Source: Hormiphora californensis
Lineage: Eukaryota > Animalia > Ctenophora
Reading direction: 5' to 3'
Length of the DNA: 64,000 nucleotides
NCBI GenBank assembly: GCA_020137815.1
Contig: CM035352.1
Location: forward strand, 2,914,001 to 2,978,000
Positions 54,311 to 64,000 of the stretch are shown in pieces. The notes under the pieces were generated by a model that saw only the letters and a program-made list of their open reading frames with translations, was not told the origin of the DNA and did not search any database. A program made the translations under genes and the position numbers. Each line of letters begins with the position of its first letter. Position 1 is the first letter of the stretch.

Positions 54311-54482
54311 CAGTCGGACCCCGATTTAGGGACACCCTCGGGGGAAAGGCTCTTGTCCACTAAATCGGGGTGTCCACTAAATCGGGGTCAAATAAGGTTA
54401 ATTTCCTATATCGGGGGAAATAAATCCTGTCCCTAAATCGGGGTGCCACTAAATCGGGGGCCCCTAAATCGGGGTCCGACTG
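54311..54482. mobile_element. Tigger/pogo-like MITE (same family as 53572)
   Basis: TA-CAGTCGGACCCCGATTTAG...CTAAATCGGGGTCCGACTG-TA. Confidence 0.8.
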
Positions 54483-55129
54483 TAAAATGAACATGGTGGC
54501 CACTTATGTCACACTTATACCCTAAGATTTAGTCGGGGCGCGCGCGGTTGTTTTTAAAATAAAAGTTGAAACGTGTCAGCAGTTCGTGGCGTGGTGTGTG
54601 TGTGCGCGTCTTAGCAACCCCTGAACTTACTGTGACAGCGGGCCTAGCCCCTACGGGGCTTGCCCGCTTCGCGGGCAAAGCACAACCAAAAACTGCAGCC
54701 CCCCCCCCCCTCTTCCCAGTGAGTGTAACCTCCTAGATACACTAGAAAAGTGAGATCGTGGCGTAGAAACTAGAGAGGAAGAGAGATACAGGCATTTATA
54801 TGCAGCGGGAAAGTGTCGTATTAAAATCGCGAAAATGATGCGACACTTTTCCAAAATTCTCGGGAAGAGCGAAATTTTGAAAAAATCAGGTTGTTTCAAA
54901 GTTTTTTGAGGTAGGCTCATTGGTGGTTGGTCCTATCAGGTTAAAACCGGTACTACGTGAAAATTCAGACAAAATTGTTCGACCGACTTTTCACCGATTT
55001 TTGAGATCAGCCCTACTTCCAGAGCTATGGCGATTTCAAAATATTTGGTCGAAAAGACGGTTTTTTGAGGTCACTTTTTAGATTTCTCTAGTTTCACCTG
55101 TACTTGCTCATTTTTCGTCTAGTTTTCAC

Positions 55130-55199
55130 TTGGGCACGTCGCGCCCTCTTTTTTCGCGAACCCCTCACACACCCTGCGGAGGGGCTGCTTCGCAGCCAA
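55130..55199 (+). mobile_element. 70-bp mini-element supplying the right end of the 22.9-kb composite
   Basis: Starts with a near-copy of the 32293 left end and ends GGCTGCTTCGCAGCCAA. Its own two flanks do not match; its right flank matches 32284-32292. Confidence 0.8.
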
Positions 55200-58100
55200 A
55201 TCATATTCATACCTTGCAATTGCATGCAGGCTCTTTTGGGGCAAACTTAAAGTTTAAGTTAAACAAAACAATTTAATTTTAAAACCATATCATTATCAAA
55301 ACCAAATCAAAACTATATCAAAAAACCATATCAAAACTGAAATACATAATTATGAAGTACAACAAGAATCATTGCATTATGTATTCATAATGCTGTGTTT
55401 CCCTGCCCTCCCGTTTCACGTGTCACTGTCAACAGGATCAAGGCTTGGTCATAATGTAATGTGAGATGCATACGATATAGCTGTCAGTATACTTCTCACA
55501 TAGCTTAGTTTACTCACATGACACTTGCTAACCAGCTTTTGACATTCCAACTTAACTACTTATCTAACCTCTCACACTCGACTCGCAAGATGACAATGTG
55601 TATGTAACACGCGAAACACGCGGCAGCGCTATTCATGTTTTGTTGAGTGGCGCGCGCATACACGTCCATCAAACTGTGCCATTGTAAGTTTTGATAAAGG
55701 AGCAACTTGTTGTTGTGTGCGCGGCTCAGTTGCTACGCTGAGTACACCGGGTGGTACCGGGTTGCCCCTCGCAACGAAAGTGTGACCAAAATGGTCCCTC
55801 TACCGATTAGTTAGTATACCAAAATGTCGTTTTCGAATTCTAACCCTGCTATGCCTTTTTACAAAGTAAAAAGGCATCCGGGTGGATGCCTTCGGCATCC
55901 ACCCGGGCAGGGAAAAAATGTATAATAATTAAATTTAAAACACCGAATCGGAATAAGAAATTTAAAACAAAATAGAGTCTCTGTAAGTTAACAACTAGAT
56001 GTCCCATTTTAAAAACTCCCGCTTCCGATTCCTCGGCATGATGCAACAGTTGAATGATTAATAGTCCTACAATTGGTTTGCCTAGCTCGACCCTCTCTTA
56101 CAAATGTAAAGGAAGGGTTAGACCCAGGTTAGAACATAACAACAATTGGTGTCACTCTCAGAAGGTTGAACTGTCACTGTCACTGTCACTGTCAATTACT
56201 TCTCATTGGGCGTCATACGGTGTCAGCGAAACACCACTCCTGTCATCACACAGCTACATAATGGAGTGGGAGATGTTTCCCCGGCCCTCTCTCCCCCGTC
56301 CCCGCGCTCCGGGGTTTGAACAAAACAAGTTCAACAGTTCAACAGAATTCTCTCTGACCTGGATAAAATTATGGATAGTTGTTACACTTGGGAGGTGTGT
56401 TTTAGCATGAAAGTTATGGTAACTGACTATTGTTGGACACAAAGTAAGAACTCATTCACATTTACCTGTTTATCTTGCTGTCTCTCTCTCCACCTAGGTT
56501 GTTGTACTCAACAGTTCAATACAGTAGGGACGCAATGGTCATCAGTCATGGTCATCAGTCAGACTTATCGAGAGGGAATAGCCTGAAGAATAAATCGTGT
56601 TATCAAATTGGAATTGGTGAAACAAGCTTGTGTAATTGTAAAGTGAGAATACAAAACTGTAAGGTGAAAACAAATGGAATGTACATTGTGTGACCGTGAG
56701 ATAAAGATCATGCTAAGTACAACATAAACATATTGTTCAATGTTCATTTAATAAGTGGCATTAAATAATATAATAGTAGTAGTTAGGGGGAAATAAAGTT
56801 GCTATTATTGTTATTTGCAGATATATGCAGTCGAATAATAACTGGTGAATGGAACTAAAACTATACTGTTTGGTATAGGACTCATTATTACGTTTGTTGC
56901 AATCACTATATAATATTGTTGAATACTCAACAAATTTAATATGTTTCTGCTGTCCCTGTAGAATATGGGCAGGATATAAGTGTGAGTATTATTATTATTA
57001 TTATTATTTATGTGACATAGGCACGAATACTATTATAGAATCTATAGAATCTATAAGTATACTTGGACGTCATGGCCAAGTTTAACAACTCATTTCAAGT
57101 AAAGTTCGAGATGCAGTTAAAGATATCATTAAAATATTGTGATGGTGAATTACAAAAACTAAATTCTAAATGGTTCAAATACAAAATATGTAGTTAGACT
57201 TGAAACAAAACTATAAATAAAGATTTAAATTGTGGTGGATTCATAATACCTGGTGAACAAGGCTCTGTTGATATAGGCTGAAGAGAGGAGTGTCACTACA
57301 ATTAGTGAATAAGGACATCGTTTTTAGTTGAAAAGAGATGGAAATCTCTGTCGCTCTCTATCGATACACTGCTGCTTGATAAGATTCACACGATATTAAC
57401 CTGCTAGACTGCTTTTAGAAAACCCCCTCCCCCAGTCATTCTGTCTTCCGTACTACTCAATACCCAACCCTGCACCCCACCCCTCCCCCTAGACAGAAGC
57501 AGCCTACGGAGTATTGAACAAAGTCGATAACTCGTACTCAGACCTGTTTCGAAGCGACTGGAGCGAAAGTTTAAAAGCGGCAAGCATAATAGACGTGACT
57601 CAGACTTTGGTAACTTTTACCGTTCATACTGCACATTCAGAAACATGTTGTTCCCTATTTCGGCGTTGATGACCGTCAGAACCTACCGGTTATTAACCGG
57701 TAACGTGGCGCCATAGGAGCCGGGTTTCAGGTGGTCGAGACTAACGGCCTCCCTTGCACCTCCGGAGATCTCCCGCGGACGTCCCCCATAGATCTCCCAG
57801 AAAATTAAAATTTCTTACTTTTTGTTTAAATTGGACAAATATCGGTTGTTACCGACTAATTTGGACCCGCTGAACACGATGCTGCCCACAGAAAAGCTCT
57901 CAAAAGTCAAGGGGAGACAAGCTAAACAAAAGAGGGCGCGCGCGTTTCGCGCTGCTCTCTCTAAGTTTGGGGCAGATATTTGCTAGTTGTTTTGGCGCTA
58001 ACTGCATGGTGCAATATGAGTGGAACTGACGCTCCACCAACAGACATAGTAACTTCCGGCTAGCAACTCAAATACCAAATAGTGAATACTACAACTATAG

Positions 58101-58697
58101 ACACGATATACTCGAACCAATCATGTAGAAATATTGCAAACATTTCGTAGTGACCGAATGAAATCTGTCACATCTCTACCAAAATTTAACAAAAAAGATC
58201 AATTTTGGGTCCGGGATTTCAATAAAACCTGGTCGTAACACTACTTCACACAAAACTTATCTCACGTCGTTAATATAAATATCAAATTAGGGCAGGTGAG
58301 AAAGAGCTCGGCCAGCGATCAGTGGGTCATTTATTACATATAACAGGGGTCATTATGGACTGCGCCACGAAAAGAAAGCCGCTTCTAGACTCTAGAATCT
58401 AGAGGAGGGACTAATATTGCAACACATTGGAATAACTGCATTCTGTATTGATTAATCGTTGATTAATCAATTATTAACTGAAAAGATGGGTGTTGGCATT
58501 CGATGTTCTTGATTAGTTTTACTAGCAAAACTGGGGCGATCGTACCGATCGCAAATCGAGGGGTCTGTTTTTCTCTCTGCCTGTTTGCTATATGCTATGT
58601 GATGTGATCCCTCTCTTTTTCTCTCTTTCTCTCCCTTTTATACATGTGATGTGACCCCTCAAGTCGCAAGCAGTTCTCAACACGTGTGATACGTGAT

Positions 58698-58790
58698 ACC
58701 TACGAATCACGTCGTCACACTGACGGATCATGTCGTCACGCTGACGAATCACGTCGTCACATTGACGGATCACGTCGTCACATTGACGAT
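58698..58790. repeat. 21-bp tandem repeat (~4 copies)
   Basis: GACGGATCACGTCGTCACATT-like unit. Confidence 0.75.
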
Positions 58791-60507
58791 AGGGTGTCAC
58801 ATTTCCGTGCAAATTTGCATTAGATATAGTTAGATATTTAGTATTAGGCGTTATTACAGTAACTCACTCTTTCAGGCACCCTCTATATCTAGAAACAGGA
58901 TGCAAGGTCTACAAGGCACAATCTACTGCATCCCTATTATGTGAGTGTCCGTTATTAAAATCCAGGAACCTCCCCTAGCCCTGGCCAGCTGACCCCGCCC
59001 CACCTCTCAAACCCTTCCCTCCTCCCCAACCCTCTTGTCTTATGTCTAGTCAGTCATCCATAAACCCTTTCCCCGCAAACACAAATTATAAAACACACAT
59101 CTAAAATGTTTAAATATGAAAATATAGAGGGAGATTAACACATTGGGTTTAAATATATTATATTGTCTACCTGGGGTCTGGAGTCAAAACATCATTGGCA
59201 CTGGGGGTACAGCTGACAAAGTAGCAACACACACATGATACACACCTTTTAAACATTGACTAGTGGACGTTCCCAGCAAACAGTTATACATAATATTATA
59301 TAGCACTATAATAGTGGTATACCACAGTAGTCAAGTAACTGGGAAATGAAAATAAGCAAACAAAATATCATGTTCTGTGTGGGCCACACTGTGTCCCAAA
59401 CTAAAAGATAAAATGGAGCGTTTTAGGAAATTCAGCAAAACATAAAGTATCTATAATTGGCAACCTGTAGGCTGTAGGCCGTAGGGCCTATAATTATAGG
59501 CGCCATTTTAAACAGGGTTTATTATAATGGTGTGTTAAAAATGTCCAGAGGAATATATAACGCCAGAGTTCCTCTCAGGGAAAAATCCCGCCATGGATAG
59601 GGGGAATAAAACATCATTTGCTAGGCAGACCTGCCAGAACTTACACACTCAATTGCCTCTCTCGGATAACTAGTTGAGTAATTACACACTCCCTCACCCT
59701 CTCCCACACACACTATCTATCTAGTATCTACGGCGCTTATCTCCGGGTCCCTCTCTCTCCATTCGTTGGGGTGTTCGCCTCATGTCCCCGCCGCCACCTG
59801 GGCCGCCCATTGGACGGGGGCTACCAAACTGAAATAACGGGTACACTGATTGGAACTGTTCTATAACTGGAAAGATCGGTTAGAAACATAAATAATAATT
59901 ACAATTCTGCTCAATTCAAAATGTGTTCTAGTTTTACAACTGAAACTTACAAATACTCCATAGTTTAGGGTACTGAGTACATTGGCCATGGCCCTATCAT
60001 GTATACTGTTTCTACTTAACTAAGGGGGTACAAGGTCGGAATTTGCAAAATTAAAATAAAACCTTCCAGCGAGTTCAAACTAAATTTTTGTTTGGCACAT
60101 TAGAAAATCGCAAAGTAATGTAACAAGTATGGGAGTTAAAACATTGTACGTGGTCAGAGTATATTATTTTGCTATTCACATTCCTCTTGTCTCTCCCTCC
60201 TATCGCTTCTAATATTATTATAGATGCTATAAGCAATAACTATGATTATCCCTCCCTCCGATCCTGGCTCCTATCGCTGCATATAATATTATAGATGCTG
60301 ATAATATTGCTATAACTATGATTGCCCCCGATTGTCCAAGAAAATGGGAGAGCTAAACAATGTGTTATATAGAGACAGGATTATATTTGCGGTAATACTG
60401 CTCTATAAACCAAGCGTTAGTTGTGATTCTCTTTTGCGATTCTTGAACATAGCGAATACCGGAATCCGAATACTGATTTTAGATTTAGATACACATCTCA
60501 TTACAAA

Positions 60508-61241
60508 ATGTTACTTTACTTGTTCCTGCTGATACACGCATCGGATACTTTGCAAGGTATGTTATAACACTACAAACATAGCATAATATTCGGTCATAAA
60601 TGTTAAAACATAGTCAGGCTAAAAGAAGAGTCGATTAATTTAAGTCCACTAAAAGCACAATATATCAACCCCAACCAACTTGAGCCAACACAGTGTCGAC
60701 TGTCGCCCCACAACTTTATAGCTTATATTGTAATCAGTAATCACCAACAACTTTATCATTATATCAGGACCTAAATTGAACTTGACTAGGAACCAGATAG
60801 TTCCTGAATCTGCTACTGTTTCAAATCTCTCAACTGGATCACTTGATAAACTATTAGACGAGGACCTCTCAACTTATGCTACATCGACCACTGAGAGTGA
60901 AACTGGCAAATCTTGGATTTCACTGGATTTAGGGGGGACATTGAACATTGAACGTATTGCTATCTACTTTATGTTCAGTGATGATTGGTTTACTGATGCA
61001 TACAACGATTGGTGTAAAAACCATTGGAGTCAATGTGTCGAGAAGGTAGGAAACTATACTGTGGAAATACAACAAGATGGAAGTACTATAAAGTACTGTG
61101 GTGATGTTGAACCGAGTGTTGATAAAGATACCCAGGAAGATAATATATTTGTGTTCGACTGTTCAGGAGCTGGTGATAGCTTATTTCTCTCGAAGAGCAC
61201 TGACAGAGTTGGATTCGCCGAGATTGTTGTTACTATTTCAG
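60508..61241 (+). CDS. Secreted protein with discoidin/F5-8C/fucolectin-like domain (partial; exons 60508-60556, 60768-61241)
   Basis: Signal-like MLLYLFLLIHASDTLQ; LLDEDLSTYA.S....SWISLDLG....IERIAIY...CG...F.C..GD...FAEIVV. Confidence 0.7.
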
Positions 61242-61516
61242 GTAATAATTAATATACAGGTATTATTTTATTCTGTCTTCCGTCCAATAACAATACATGT
61301 GTTTGTTACTGTAATGTTGTGTAATGTTGTATGCTAGTAAAAACGAATATTCAAGGAAATTGCTAAATTTATTCTGAGGTAAAGCCGAATAGTAATTAAC
61401 TGAGATATTCGAATTTATTAAAGGCAAATAATACAGTATGTGAATCAACTTAGATATGACAACTATAAAATACAACTAAAACACATGTTGCTAGTATGTA
61501 GTTTGAACTCGCTGCT

Positions 61517-62857
61517 CACGGCGTGCCTGGTGAAATTTTAACACGACCTAGCATGCAACGGGAAACCACCACTTGTACGTGGTAGCTGAGGGTCTACAGA
61601 ATGGCGCTACGGTGCGGGAAAAAAAAGTCCATGCCCTAAAATCGTTTTTTTTACTTTTATTTGATTTGGGTCAAAATTGGCTATATTAAACGTGGTCCCG
61701 AAAAATCCATAATGACTTAGCACACGAAATATGTCACCCCTACCTATTTTTGCACGTAGAATCGATTGCCGTTGAAGTCGAATCTCTAAAATGACTGTAA
61801 AATGGTCAAAAGTTGATTTTTTACCATTTTTTGGAGGTTTTTGGCCCCTAAACCATTGAAAACGTTGAGATAGGAATTTAAAACACGTGCCAATCGTTAA
61901 AATGGTCATTTTTCTACCAAGAACCAAGTTTTCGTGTATATCCGATTTATGGTTAGATTTGGGCAAATTGTTGTAATCTGCCAACTAGGAGAACCGTAAC
62001 TTGATTTTCTTGTTTTTTGGATTTTGGCATTTTTGACAAACTTCTGATTGAAATGGTCAATCGGGACCATGCTTAAGTTGTTTATGGGACAATTTTCGAC
62101 TAAAATCCAAGATTTCATACCAATCCAATAACAGATCGTTGATTTATAGAAAATTTAAGTAGGCAAAACGGTGAAAATAAGCAAGAAAAGTTGTCATTTT
62201 GACCGTTTTGCCTACTTAAATTTTCTATAAATCAACGATCTGTTATTGGATTGGTATGAAATCTTGGATTTTAGTCGAAAATTGTCCCATAAACAACTTA
62301 AGCATGGTCCCGATTGACCATTTCAATCAGAAGTTTGTCAAAAATGCCAAAATCCAAAAAACAAGAAAATCAAGTTACGGTTCTCCTAGTTGGCAGATTA
62401 CAACAATTTGCCCAAATCTAACCATAAATCGGATATACACGAAAACTTGGTTCTTGGTAGAAAAATGACCATTTTAACGATTGGCACGTGTTTTAAATTC
62501 CTATCTCAACGTTTTCAATGGTTTAGGGGCCAAAAACCTCCAAAAAATGGTAAAAAATCAACTTTTGACCATTTTACAGTCATTTTAGAGATTCGACTTC
62601 AACGGCAATCGATTCTACGTGCAAAAATAGGTAGGGGTGACATATTTCGTGTGCTAAGTCATTATGGATTTTTCGGGACCACGTTTAATATAGCCAATTT
62701 TGACCCAAATCAAATAAAAGTAAAAAAAACGATTTTAGGGCATGGACTTTTTTTTCCCGCACCGTAGCGCCATTCTGTAGACCCTCAGCTACCACGTACA
62801 AGTGGTGGTTTCCCGTTGCATGCTAGGTCGTGTTAAAATTTCACCAGGCACGCCGTG
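61517..62857. mobile_element. 1.34-kb perfect foldback with CAC..GTG ends and 4-bp TSD (Chapaev-like)
   Basis: CACGGCGTGCCTGGTG...CACCAGGCACGCCGTG, TGCT on both sides, ~655-bp identical arms. Confidence 0.85.
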
Positions 62858-63256
62858 TGCTTACTAAAATTATGATCCTTCCCATTTCCCATGTATTGTG
62901 GTTGAAAAAACTTAACTGTCTCTTTCCCAATTGAATAATGGACGACCTTGTACCCATCACAGCATTGTAATTTATATTGATAGAACATTGTACAACTCAT
63001 AGTTAGAAAACATTGGTTAGGCCTATTCTACAGATTATTACTGTTAGCCTTATACTTTGTAATGCTATTTACTAAACAATAGCCATTAGCCATACCATTT
63101 ACTATTCTAGGGTTCATTAATAGTACTGCTGCTATCATGTTATTCAAATCTAGCCCTATACTTTGTGATACTATTCACTAAACAATAGCATTTAATGAAT
63201 TATTATTAACTACCCTTTTTACGGGTATAGCACACCACAAACTACTTTCAACCTAC

Positions 63257-63879
<623 letters not shown>

Positions 63880-64000
63880 CTGGAGAGGTAGTAGGGTGGT
63901 TATTACATTTTACAAGTAGGATACACATTGCAATTCCCTAAAAGTGTACTCACAAACGCACATAAACACTCTCTGTCCAATCTCCATACATACCCTTTGA

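Larger units (their letters stand above)
47060..54678 (+). mobile_element. 7.6-kb element of the TTGGGCACG family with 9-bp TSD
   Basis: AGCACAACC at 47051-47059 and 54679-54687. First ~370 bp are homologous to 32293-32660. Ends in hairpins GCCCCTACGGGGC and TTGCCCGCTTCGCGGGCAA. Confidence 0.85.
45387..55129. mobile_element. CAGGG-type foldback element; right arm split by the 47060-54678 insertion and truncated at 55129
   Basis: 54679-55129 is the reverse complement of 45546-45987; inner subrepeats are shared with 13136-16645. Confidence 0.8.

Overview
Repeat-rich, intron-containing animal genomic DNA. It is probably from a ctenophore, inferred only from domain style and a ctenophore-type peptide precursor. 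Host genes: a 4-exon, 67-aa secreted precursor ending EEGAVYGR* (2.8-3.8 kb, +); a multi-exon ankyrin-repeat gene (10.2-22.3 kb, +) with an antisense nested secreted-protein gene in its largest intron; a convergent TRAFD1/XAF1-like zinc-finger gene (22.9-27.8 kb, -); a discoidin/F5-8C-like secreted protein (60.5-61.3 kb, +); and a partial Pro/Gly-rich gene at the right edge (-). Introns and intergenic DNA hold many non-autonomous DNA transposons, several of them near-perfect 0.6-3.5 kb palindromes and several nested. The main feature is a Polinton/Maverick (adintovirus-like) gene block at 33.5-43 kb. It has a retroviral-type integrase with chromodomain (frameshifted), packaging ATPase, minor and major capsid proteins, adenain protease and core-like proteins. 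I find no DNA polymerase and no recognisable Polinton TIR pair. It does carry a stand-alone terminal-protein-like ORF, a tRNA-Leu-derived Pol III-type RNA, a broken membrane glycoprotein and a second decayed penton. The block lies inside a 22.9-kb segment (32293-55199) bounded by the ends of a hairpin-ended DNA transposon family and flanked by a perfect 9-bp duplication (ATCATATTC). The virus-like module therefore appears to have been moved as cargo of a composite transposon. All family assignments come from motif recognition; no database searches were run.
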